From Paragordius varius (Eukaryota; Animalia; Nematomorpha): a stretch of DNA of 64,000 nucleotides. The position numbers and the translations under genes were made by a program. Location: contig OZ176051.1 of NCBI GenBank assembly GCA_964247055.1, positions 6,138,001 through 6,202,000 of the forward strand, written 5' to 3'. Under the pieces are notes generated by a model. The model saw nothing but the letters and a program-made list of their open reading frames with translations, made no database searches and was not told the origin of the DNA. Below are positions 27,635-39,692 of the stretch, piece after piece (positions within the stretch are counted from its first letter, which is position 1; each line of letters opens with the position of its first letter).

Positions 27635-30127
27635 GCTTTGACAGATAAAATGGTATAATTGCAGCCAGGTAGTTTATTTTAATGTTAAACCCCATATCTG
27701 CTGATTAAGTATATGAACTTAATTTTTATATCACTCTTTGGAAATGACTTATGATTAATGTTGTGGATTGATCTCTATGTGTATGACACGAGCTTTATTT
27801 ACCGTTGCAAACAGCAAGACCCGACTCCGACGGGATCTCAATCAACTAGGACAATGACGTCGTGGGGAGCAATGTCGGAGCCGCTGATTGAGCAGGGATG
27901 GTTACGAATCTTTGGCATCTCTTTCCGAAGTTTATAGTTGGTTTAAAAGTACAATAATCTTATATTATTTAACGCGGGTTAGAATCCTAGTTGAAGGTAC
28001 AGCTAAAACATGGTCGCACGAAGGGGTAACGTCAACACTAATGTCCATTATCTCCAAAATTGGTCTGACTCAAAGGCCACAACAAAGATAAAATCCTAAA
28101 ATAAAGTCTACATTAGCGACATAGACCTTTGATAGTACTTTGAGGAGTATAGACCTAATTCTGTTTGTACGTTTATTTAATATCAAATTGCTTTTACACA
28201 CCTAACACGGTGAGATTAACATTCAATAAACTGTGTGCAAAAAAGAGGGTTAATTTTTTTAACAAAAAATTTTTTTCATGACAGAGTCCAGCGAATTCAT
28301 TTGCCGCAAAAATTTTATTTTGGTGACGACTTAGTTTTTGAAATATTAAGAGAAAATGGAAATAAGGAAAAAAGTCAAAATTAAGGATAATTTAAAAAAT
28401 AATGATATAATTTGAGTAATTTGGTTTGCTATCATTTTAGGAGATATTTTTAATATATAGATAAGCTAAAATCATATAGTTAGGGTTTCTATAAAATCTC
28501 AGCTCAAAGATGGCAATTTTCTTTTACACACTTAAAAGACAAAAAAAATTTATGTAATTTTTTTAATTATTTACTAGCTTAATTCACTATTAAAATCTTA
28601 ACATTCATATTTTATTCAGTAAAAATACTTATATACCAAATTAAAACTAAAAATAATTGTTTTTATTTTCATATTTTTGGTTCTTAATTTATGAGGGTAT
28701 AAGAATTTACTGTATTATTTTAATTCACATGAGCGGAAATTATAAATTCTATAAATTAGTACAAAATAAAATTTTAATTAGTGGAAAATCAACGAGAATG
28801 TATATCAAATTGGGAAAATAAAAATTACCAAAATTAAATCTAAAGAAAATAAATTAAGATTAAAATAAGCGAAAATTCGTTTATGTGTATTTTAAAAATT
28901 CATCAATAAAAAATAATTTAAGTATCAATATGGTCATAGGGCAATTTTAAAGCACTCTTAGGGCCGCATGCGGCCCGCGGTATGAGTACCACTGTCATAA
29001 ACCTTACTAACTTACATTAAAATACCAAACATAAAGGCATTTATTTATGTATGTAGATACGAACATAAACCCAAACCCCGATGTTTCCCGCTGTGAAACT
29101 CCATGCGTTACGGGTGGGTAGGGACCTTGCCGGCAGGCGGACGACGATCTTCCGGCGCTACCTTTACTTATATTTGTAAAAAATTCATCGAAGACCTTTT
29201 CACCACATTTTTTCTATTTTTTACAAACGCTATTACTACCAGATAATCAATGAATAATGTGGATAGAAAAATTATATAACATGGAGCTTTTTGATATATT
29301 GGCCTAAAAATGGTCTGTTTGCAGCGCGTACAAAATTGGGGCGGGGGTATAATATCCTGATAAAATGTGAATATCGTCTCCACAAAAACTAACCAGATAA
29401 AATATATATTTGATAGGGAAATGTATCATGATTATCATGGTGTTTTTGGTTTTCGCCCTTAAATGATTTCATATTTACAGGTTTGATGTAAGTGCTTCCT
29501 ATGAGAAAATGGAAAATTTTGGGCATATAATTTTAAAAAATTTTCTGAAAGCGAAATGATTCATTCCAAAAAATATCACAAAAATATATAAATGTATATT
29601 AACTACATGTAATAAGCAAAACAATATATTTTGGTTTTAAGATATGGGTTCCAAAAGTCACAATTTTTTTCCCTCTTATATATAGGCGAGTTTTTTTTAC
29701 AAAAAAGGCAGATATTGCCCTATAATAAGGTTAAATTGCTAATTTTTGATATCAATCAAAAATATTTTCACATAGGCATTTTTTAAATCTTGTTGAAACG
29801 AACTTCATACTATTTTAAAGGATGATGCAAACGGTATAAAACCGCTTAAAGACATTATAAAAACAGTTTTGCCTTCAAAATTATATTAAATGTAAATTGC
29901 CTTTTTACGAATATTATGAGCAAACTAACCTTTATAATTTAAATTCTGAAATAGAATTAGCATTATCGAGTAATTTAATTTTGACATCAAGAAAAATGGA
30001 AATTTTGCTAAAAGTTAAATTTATAGCAAACTCTTTAAATTTATTGAAAATTAAAGTTAATTAATTAAATTTAGTTTAATGTTCTTTTAACTAAGTTTGA
30101 TTTTGATTAATGTTCTTTTAACTAAGT

Positions 30128-31698
30128 TTGATTTTGATTGTTGACATCGGTAAAACACTAAGGCTGAGGGAATTCGCAAATCTCATTATAAATCATATTA
30201 TTAAAGATGTCAACAAGGCTGAAAGTCATTTGCACCCATCGCAGATAAACCCAGTGATCGCTAAAACATCAAGGCTGAGTGATTATACAAATATCATTAC
30301 AAATCAAATAATAAAAGAGGTATACAAGGCTGATAGCTATTCGCCATCGGAGATCAACCCGGTGATTGCGAAAATATTAAGGCTGAGAGATTTTACAAAC
30401 ATCATTGCAAATCAAATAATAAAAGAGGTCAACAAGGCTGATAGTCATTGGCATCCATCGGACATAAACCCAGTGATCGCTAAAACATTAAGACTGAGGG
30501 ATTTTACAAACATCATCAGTGATTGCTAAAACTTTAAGGCTGAGTGATCTTACAAATGTGATTGCAGGTCAAATCATAAAAGTGGTCAATAAGGGAGATG
30601 GTAGTCGCCCATCGAATCTAAACCTAGTGATTGCTCAAACATTAAGGCTGAGGGATTTTACAAAAAACATTCAAATGAAATAATAAAAGAGGTCAACAAG
30701 GCTGATAGTCAATTACATCCTACGGAGAAAAACCCAGTGATTGTTAAAATATTAAGGCTGATGAAATATACAAATACCATTGCAAAACAAATAATAAAAG
30801 ATGTCAACAAGGCTGAAAGCCATTTGCATCCATCGAACATAAACCCAGTGATTGCCAAACCATTGAAATCAAACGTTTATACAAATACTAAAGCAAACCA
30901 TATGTTAAAAGACGCTATAATTAAGGATCATCTCCATAATGAAACACAAAAAAATTTGATAAAAGTTCGAATATTTCTAAACCAAAGAATACTTCCGATT
31001 ATAATTGTAATGAAAGCCTGATTCTCTCCAATACTGCATCAAAATCTAGAAAGAAAGTAAGATGGATAGATGAAATTAAACCAGATGAAAGTGAAATGGA
31101 TAATACTAATCCATCACAACTTTACAATTCTTTCCAAGCGAAAGTCTTTCCGAATTGCGAAAGCCAATATAAGACTGTAGAGGGATGTACGTTGAGACAT
31201 AATTATGAGTTAAAGGCGGAATTACGGAAAATGCGGACATCTGGTAATATATAATATTTCGATTGTATCATGCTTTAATCAAATTTATCATTAGCATACA
31301 TTTTATTAATGCTCAATGACATTTTTCAGGTTTAATCATATTAATTATAAGTTGGTTAATATTTAGGGGAAATAATTCATTAAACATCAGCTAGAGAAAA
31401 CAGACTGATCAAACAACTTGTCGAAATAGCAGATATAACAGATGAATCGGTGCAATTGTTTGATTCCAGACAAACCAACAATATTTTAATTTATTTTGTA
31501 GGAAAATTCTCTTTTTACAAAATTTTAAACTGTTTTTTTGGTACTTATTTTGGAAAGCGGTCAGCTTTAATTATTTCCTCCATTCATGGCAAGAGTAATA
31601 GCGTAAACAATGCAACATCACAGGCACCGCTTAAAAGCATTTTGCGTAACAATCAAGGTTCATTAAACAAGCGCAATTTTTCGAATGAAAAAATATAG
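30128..31698 (+). pseudogene. Disrupted paralogue of the 37-aa repeat protein
   Basis: The 5' about 400 bp including the ATG is missing relative to unit 2, repeat 5 is largely deleted and there are frameshifts (ORFs 30128-30529, 30737-31021). RKKVRW (31048-31065) and LKSILR (31630-31647) are retained. Confidence 0.8.
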
Positions 31699-32569
31699 AT
31701 ATGAATCAAAAGCATCAATTGAAAATGAGAGTTTAAGTCATAATATCTCCAATTACAGAAATCAAAGAAGAAAACAAAAAATAATCCATGGTATTGAAGC
31801 AAACTTTTAATCAGATTGAGGAAAGATATTAATGAATATTCCAATCAATAATGGATCCAACAATTATATAAATTAATAACTTACTTATTAATCCGATTAT
31901 CCCACTATAAAGAACCTTAAAGACGTGAACAATAAATGATAATCGATTAAGTTTTGGTAGTCACGGTGTGACTTTACCAATTAATTTGTCGGGCTTTCTC
32001 GATGCGATAAAGGAATGGGGATTGAAAGTGTATTAGATATTGAAAAAAATAATAAAATATATTTTATTTTTGAAGCTCTGTTTAAAGGTAATTATTCAAA
32101 TATAGATTGAGTTTTGTGCTTGTCTGTTTATATACGGTTGACCCGTTGATTCCATCCCCCAGTAAATAATGTTGTTTAAATTAGTTGTGAATAAGGTATA
32201 TGGCATTTGTCGTATTTAAATTATTGTAATTAGCCTTACGATTCCATACGATACTTTTTGTTCATTTTTTCATGGCGGATAGATTATGTTCTAGAATTTT
32301 GCTGTAAATGTTATATCAACGGCAAAACTTGACTTATCGATATTAATGTTTGTTACCCGCAAAATAAAAAAATTCTTTTTATTTGGATACAGTTTCATTT
32401 GGTCTTTCTAGTAAAGTTTTTATCTAACAATTTTATTATAATAATATTACCAAAATATCAACAATCGTAAATTTAAATTAGTTAAAATAAATACTATAAC
32501 ATTTTTACCATAAATATAAAAATGGCATAAACCTGTGTAAGTTATCCTTTTTTTCCTTTCTAGGCCATG

Positions 32570-32918
32570 AATGAATGAATGTCAGAGTGGTTAAATAATA
32601 AACCGTTTCTGGACTTCATGGACAAATTTTCTGCTGGCTGATCTGTCTATATTGATCAAGATTGGATTGTTAGGTGGGCGTTGTCTGTTGATTTTTGACC
32701 ATCTTTTTCTGGGTGTGCATCGTTTTGGCTTACCCTCTACAAGGCCCAGCATGATTGTTCTCTCCAATTTGTTGCGGACTGAGAAGTAGCTTAATCGCCG
32801 TTTAGTTATCAATGGAAGTAATTTAGTCTTAGAGGCGATTGTATTGCGGATTAATTCATCAGTGAGTTTGTCCGTCCATTTTTTACCAAGTAGCATTCTC
32901 CTGCTTCAAAAGCTTAAA
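32570..32918 (-). mobile_element. 5'-truncated RTE LINE fragment present only in unit 1
   Basis: ORF 32591-32896 resembles an RTE C-terminus (RRLSYF..IMLGLVEGKPKRCTPRKRW). (TTCA)n tail. Absent from the matching position near 41020. Confidence 0.75.
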
Positions 32919-33429
32919 GACTTCAACATATAGTTACTTTTTTCCCAGAAACTTACTTATAAATAGCATAAAAAATATGTAAATAGTTAATGTATGTTGT
33001 TCTCTTCAAGTGTTTAACGAAGATATTCTGAAAAAGATTGATGAGCGAGTAAATAATGTTATCATTTTAGTCATTATTAAACGACAAATTTTAAAAATAT
33101 ATTGTTTATTCGATTTTGATGGTACATTAGAAAAATTTCTATCATATAATCAACAATAATGTTTTAAACAATAATTTTATTAAAAAAATAAAAATAATGT
33201 GAGTCACTATTTTAGAGGCAGTAAATTAACAATTTATTTTTTTAACTTAATGAATATTATCATATATAACAGTTGTTAAAATATATAACAGTTGTTAAAA
33301 TCCGGGATTTTAACAACTGTTATAACAAAATATAACCAATCCGTTATTTACCATTACATTATCATATATAATTTCTTCCTATCTTTGCTATGCTTATTTT
33401 TGCCCAGTGTTAAAAATGTAAAGTAGTAA

Positions 33430-33700
33430 ATTTTCCCTAGAACTACTAAAAAAGCATGAGGGCCGTCCTGTTCTGAATGTAAAAGCGTAATAGAACAAGG
33501 TCGTTCTTTATGGACAGCGTGGAACACAGATGTCACGTTTTTTCAGGACACTTAGATTCGATGCTCGTTCCGAACAACAGGGACAATATAAATAATTTAA
33601 ATATTTTTGCTGCAACTACCATTTTTGATCATCATTAAATGTGTAAAGTAACAATCCTCACCTTTTTTGTCGATTATATGTCCAGTATAGGCAATATAAA
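33430..33700 (+). pseudogene. Possible decayed piggyBac-type transposase relic (second copy about 41430-41690)
   Basis: One frame reads QMSRFFRTLRFDARSEQQ, resembling the PGBD MSRxRF...LRFD motif. Short and heavily decayed. Confidence 0.35.
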
Positions 33701-34799
33701 TTGCTAGTTTATTTATTAATTATTACCAGATAGTAAAATAGCATCAATATTGATTCACTAAAAGCAGTAAAAGGCAAAAAATAAGTATATGCCAAAATGT
33801 GTCCCTTTGTATGATCAGTATGGAAATATATTAATGAAAATTAGCAATGTATATCTCATAGTGTATTCTATTCGCTAAGCAACTCATATAGTTACACAGT
33901 GTGTATAAAAATATTTGGACGAAAAATGTATATTATATTACATTATAAAAATGTATCAAATTCACATGATACTTTTGTTGAGGTTTTCATTTATAACTAG
34001 AACAATATCAATTTAGATCTTAGTTAAAATTTTAAGCGGTTATTGGAATATGAAATCTTCTTTACATAGGAAATATATGTAGAAATATATGCAGTTCCAT
34101 TAGTTTTAACTTGTATAAAAATTATTATCCCTAAAATATAATTTTGAAAATTATTTTTAGAGATGTAAAAAACTTTTTTTCCAAGTTTTTACTTTGTGGC
34201 GTTAAAAATGTTATAATATTACATTGCTATATTTAGCCCGAGATTTGTCCATTCAAATTAGGCTTTTATTATAATAAAAAATACAAAACTTTATTATTGA
34301 GGTAAATTTTAAGAAATATTTTCACATAAATTCGACGCCATTTTTATAACTTATGATTTTTTGGATTCTACAGCTTAATTAATGCATTAAACAATATTAA
34401 GACAGAAAAATAAAAAAATAAATTGGTAATATATTCATGCTGTCTAAATTTTTGCCTAAGGTTAGTATATAAATTTTGAGTCATTTTGAATAAATTTTCT
34501 TCATATTTTAATGCATCAATAATGTTAAAATTCAAATCCATATTTAATAAAATACTTAATTAGAACTGATCTATGGGACGCCAATTCGTATCGAATGACA
34601 TAAAAACAGAATTTGCAAAGAGTAGGGGTGATAAAAGATGCACACTTGACTCTTAAGTTAAATAGAACAAGTGTTTTTAGGCAGCAGGTCTGCACTCTAC
34701 GAAGATATAAAACTTATGTCAAGGCTTTTACTTATTAGTTAAAACAATTTTTTTCACACCCAATTATATTATACCGTTAATTATAAAAAGGTGGAAAGA

Positions 34800-35900
34800 A
34801 ATATATACCCGTTCTAAAAAAGTGGCGTAACCAGTCTGATTTTACGATTTTCAAAATGGAACCTAGGTGGGTGTTACAATTACCGGAACCGGGGTCGTCC
34901 TTGATCAAGTGGGGACAGGGGTTCGATAGCAATTCAACGGTTTCGGAACCGGTTTCATTTTGGTTCCTGACTATTCATTATATGATTTTCATACCAAATT
35001 TTTATTAGTATATAAATTAAAACATACTTAATTAATTAAAAAAATAGCCAAATGTATAAGTGCAAAGGTAGGTAACAAGTGTATTGTATTAACTAATCTC
35101 CATAGGAATCTTTTATCTAACTAATATAATTGACCAACCAAATCGGTCGTCAGACTACTTCTCAGATCTGAAAATATAAAATTTAGTGTGAAAAGTTTCT
35201 TCTATGTTGAGAGCCGTAATATGCACCCCAAATCTTAAGGGCCTCATGAGGCCTCGTGGGCCGCGGTTTTATTACCATTGATATATAGTGCTGCTCTTTT
35301 TGTTAGGGGTAATTTATTGTGGAAACCCTAGATTATTGTTTTTTCCATATTCATTAATGAAGGTAAATGTTTATAATCTATAGGTTATAAAAATCTCGTA
35401 TATTATGTGTGTGGTTCTCTTCAAGTGTTTAAAGGTAGGATATTTAAAAAAATGTCGACATATTCCATTTCTTAAAGAATAGAAATAAATCTTATCTAAT
35501 AATCAATTAAAAAACGAGGCTACTTTCTAATCATTATAAGACGGGAACATTGGAGCGCTGATATTTGAACAGGGCTAATACCAACCTTAGGCATTTTATT
35601 TGAGTCGGATATTTTGTTCTGACAGATAAAATGGTTTAATTGCAGGTAGGTAGTTTAATTGAATAAACCTCATATCTGCTGGATTAAGATATATAAACTT
35701 TTTTTATCACTCTTTAGAAATGACTTATGATTAATGTTGTGGATTGATCTCTATGTAAATGACACGAGCTTTACTTACCGTTGCAAACAGCAACACCCGA
35801 CTCAGACGGGATTATCTGCCAATCATGTAGGACAAAGACGTCCAGGGAAGCAATGTCGGAACCGCTGGAGCAGGGCTGGTTAATAATCTTTGGCATCTCT
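34800..35900 (-). CDS. Candidate minus-strand spliced gene of unknown function (decayed copy about 26140-27930)
   Basis: Donor CG|GTAAGT at 35778 (GTAAAT in unit 1) and acceptor TTAATCCAG|CAG are conserved in both units. Peptides MPKIINQPCSSGSDIA... and CPHLIKDD...HLGSILKIVKSDWLRHFF show many third-position differences between units. Confidence 0.35.
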
Positions 35901-38225
35901 TTTTACCGAAGTTGGTTCAAAGGAAGCATCGCCGGTTATTTATCCAGGGTTAGAGTTCCAGCTGGAGGCACAGCTGAAACATGGTCGAACGAAGGGGTAA
36001 CGTTGACGCTTGCAATGTCTAATATCTCCAAAATTGGTCTACCTTAAAGGCCACACTCATTTAGAAGCAAATGATGTCCCCTTTTGCACCAAAGATAAAA
36101 TCTTAAAATAAAGTCTACATTTGACTCGACATAGACCTTGGACATTATTTTCAGGAGTATGGACCTAATTCTGTTTGTACGGTAATTTAATATCAAATAT
36201 TGCTTTTAAACACCCGGTGAGATTAACATTTAATATTTAAACTGTGTGCAAAAAAGAGGGTTTTTTAACAAAAAATTTTTTTCATGACAGAGCTTATGTC
36301 CAGCGAATTCATTTGCAGCAAAAACTTTAATTTGGTGACGACTTATTTTTTGAAATATTAAGAGAAAATGGAAATCAGGAAAAAATTCAAAATTAAGGAT
36401 AATTTAAAAAATAATGATATAATTTTAGTACTTTGGTTTGTTATCAATTTAGGAGATATTTTTAATATATAGATAAGCTAAAATCATATAGTTAGGGTTT
36501 CTAAATCTCAGTTCAAAGATGGCAATTTTCTTTTACACATTTAAAAGACAAAAATTTTTATAAAACTATATTAAAATAATTTTTTTAATTATTTACTGGC
36601 TTAACTCACTATTCAAATCTTAACATTCATATTTTATTCAGTAAAAATACTTATATACCAAAATAAAACTAAAAATAATTGTTTTTTATTTTTTCATATT
36701 TTTCGTTCTCGGTTTATGAGGGTATAAGAATTTACTGTATTATTTTATTTCACATGAGCAGAAACTATAAAGTATATAAATTAGTACAAAATAAAATTTT
36801 AAATTAGTGGAAAATCAACGCGTAGAATGTATATCAAATTGGGAAAATAAAAATTACCAAAATTAAATCTAAAGAAAATAAATTAAGATTAAAATAAGCG
36901 AAAATTCGTTTATGTGTATTTTAAAAATTCATCAATAAAAAATAATTTAAGTATCAATATGGTCATAGGGCAATTTTAAAGCACTCTTAGGGCCGCATGC
37001 GGCCCGCGGTATGAGTACCACTGTCATAAACCATACTAACTTACATTAAAATACCAAACACAAAGGCATTTATTTATGTATGTAGATACGAACAATAAAC
37101 GCAAACTCCGATGTTTCCCGCTGTGAAGCTCCATCCGTTACGGGTGGGTAGGGACCTTGACTAGGTGGACGACAATCTTTCGACGCTACTTTACTTGTTT
37201 TTGTAAAAAATTCATCGGGAACCTTTTCACCGGATTTTTTTTCTATGAATTTTTAACAAACGCTAATACTACAAGGTAATCAAGGAATAATGTGGTTTGA
37301 AAAATTATATAACATGGAGCTTTTTGATAATTATGGATATAAAAATGATCTGTTTGTAGTTTTATGATGTTTTGGAGTCCTATTACACTGCCTACGAAAT
37401 CGGGGCGGGGGTTATAATATCTTGATAAAATATGAATATCGTCTCCACAAAAAATAACCAGATAAAATATATATTGGATAGGGAAATGTATTATGATTAT
37501 CATAGTGCTTTAGGTTTTCGCCCTTACATGATTTAATATCTACAGGTTTGATGTAAATGCTTCCTATGAAAAAATGGAAAATTTTGCGCCTAATTTTTTT
37601 AATATATTTTTTGAATGCGAAATGCTTCATTCCAAAAAATATCATTAAAATAAACAATATATTTTGGTTTTAAGATCTGGGTTCCATTAGTCACAATTTT
37701 TCTTCGCTCCTATAAAATAGGCCAGTTTTCTTAAAATAAAAAATTGCCGATATTGCCCAATAATAAGATTAAAAATATTTGTCAATCAGAAATATTTTCA
37801 AGCCATATTTTTTCTATAATATATTCTTGAATAAATTTTGTTAAAACCTACTTTATACTATTTTGAAGGATATTGCAAACGGTATAAAACCGCTTAAAGA
37901 CATTATAAAAACATGTCTTTAAACTTATATTAAATACAAATTTTTATATAAGCTAACTAACTTTTAAAATTAAATTCCGAAGCGATATAATTAGTATTAT
38001 CGAGTAATATAATTTTGACATCAACGAAAAAATGCAAATTGCTTAAAAGTTAAATTTATAGAAAACTATTTAAATTTATTGAACATTAAGTTAATTATTT
38101 AAATATAGTTTAATGTTCTTTTTAAGTTTGATTTTGATTGTTGACATATTGTTAAGCATTATTATAATATACAACAATCGCAAATTTATAAACGATATTC
38201 TAAAAATTTACAAATTATTATAACG

Positions 38226-39692
38226 ATGTTTATTGATTCTCACACATTGTGTGCGAACGAAAACGATTTAATTTTGAATCCACATAAGGCATTCCACTTG
38301 ACACCTATTCATAATTTCGTAAAGGAATTGAAGTTGAAGAATTATGCAAATTTTAATATTCAAAGATTAAATGATGCTAAAATCAGAGCTGATAGTCATT
38401 TGCATCCATTGAAGATAAACCCATTGATTGCTAAAACATTAAGGCTGAGTGATTACACGAATATAATTGCCCATCAAATAATAAAAGAGGTATACAAGAC
38501 TGAGTTGCATCCATTGGACATAAATCCAGTAATCAGTAAAACACTAAGGCTAAGGGAATTCGCAAATCTCATTATAAATCATATTATTAAAGATGTCAAC
38601 AAAGCTGAAAGTCATTTGCACCCATCGCAGATAAACCCAGTAATCGCTAAAACATTAAGGCTGAGTGATTATACAAATATTATTACAAATCAAATAATAA
38701 AAGAAGTATACAAGGCTGATAGCTATTCGCCATCGGAGATAAACCCAGTGATTGCGAAAATATTAAGGCTGAGAAATTTTACAAACATCATTGCAAATCA
38801 AATAATCAAAGAGATCAACCGGGGTGATAGTCATTGGCATCCATCGGACATAAACCCAGTCATCGCTAAAATATTAAGGCTGAGGGATTTTACGAACAAC
38901 ATGGCAGATCAAATAGTAAATGAGGTCAAACTCAAAGCTTATAATCATTTGCATCCGTCGGATCTAAACCCAGTGATTGCTAAAACATTAAGGCTCAGTG
39001 ATTTTACAAATATGATTGCAAGTCAAATCATAAAAGTGGTCGATAAGGGTGATGGTAATCACCCATCGGATCTAAACGTGGTGATTGCTCAAACATTAAA
39101 GCTGAGGGATTTTACAAATAACATTGCAAATGAAATAATAAAAGAGGTCAACAAGGCTGATAGTTCTTTACATCCCAAGGAGATAAACCCAGTGATTGTT
39201 AAGATATTAAGGCTGAGGGAATTTACAAATATCATTGCAAAACAAATAATAAAAGAGGTCAACAAGGCTGATAACTATTTGCATCCATCGGATATAAACC
39301 CAGTGATTGCAAAAACATTAAAAAAGGTTTATACAAATACTAAAGCAAATCACTTTAAAGAATCTATAATTATGGATCATTCGCATAATCAAACACAAAA
39401 AAGTTTTGATAAAAAATTAATTATATCTAAACCGGAGAATTCCGATTATAATAGTAACAAAAGCCTAACTCTCTCCAATACTGCAAAATCAAGAAAAAAA
39501 GTAAGATGGATAGATGAAATTAAACCAAATGAAAGTGAAATGGACAATAACGATAATCCATCACAACTTTACAATTCTTTCCAAACGAAAGTTTTTCCAA
39601 ATTGCGAAAACCAATATAAGACTGTAGATGGATGTGGGTTGAGACATAAATATGAGTTAAAGGCGGAATCGCGGAAAACGGACATCTGGTAA
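38226..39692 (+). CDS. 488-aa protein with 8 tandem 35-38 aa amphipathic-helix repeats (AKAP-like) and an RVxW motif; probable further exons to about 40135
   Basis: Intact ORF. Repeats at 38433-39311, consensus KTLRLRDFTNIIANQIIKEVNKADSHLHPSDINPVIA. RKKVRW at 39492-39509. Downstream splice-like segments 39835-39930 and 40009 onward are homologous to 31390-31698. Confidence 0.85.
   Translation: MFIDSHTLCANENDLILNPHKAFHLTPIHNFVKELKLKNYANFNIQRLNDAKIRADSHLHPLKINPLIAKTLRLSDYTNIIAHQIIKEVYKTELHPLDINPVISKTLRLREFANLIINHIIKDVNKAESHLHPSQINPVIAKTLRLSDYTNIITNQIIKEVYKADSYSPSEINPVIAKILRLRNFTNIIANQIIKEINRGDSHWHPSDINPVIAKILRLRDFTNNMADQIVNEVKLKAYNHLHPSDLNPVIAKTLRLSDFTNMIASQIIKVVDKGDGNHPSDLNVVIAQTLKLRDFTNNIANEIIKEVNKADSSLHPKEINPVIVKILRLREFTNIIAKQIIKEVNKADNYLHPSDINPVIAKTLKKVYTNTKANHFKESIIMDHSHNQTQKSFDKKLIISKPENSDYNSNKSLTLSNTAKSRKKVRWIDEIKPNESEMDNNDNPSQLYNSFQTKVFPNCENQYKTVDGCGLRHKYELKAESRKTDIW

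Larger units (their letters stand above)
25805..34249 (+). repeat. Tandem segmental duplication, unit 1 (about 8.4 kb)
   Basis: Collinear with 34250-44259 throughout (e.g. 26220/34870, 27780/35760, 28960/36985, 30150/38525, 33450/41450). Boundaries approximate; junction near GATTTGTCC. Confidence 0.9.

Noticed and set aside
28955-28995. GGGCCGCATGCGGCCCGCGG palindromes (also 36985, 26625, 35235, 57150, 23760)
   Set aside because: They match typical hAT MITE subterminal ends. Solo remnants without definable partners or TSDs, so not annotated as elements or regulatory RNA.
35781-36047. Plus-strand 88-aa ORF as a gene
   Set aside because: Broken in unit 1, TTG start, and the conserved splice signals point to the minus strand; treated under the minus-strand candidate.
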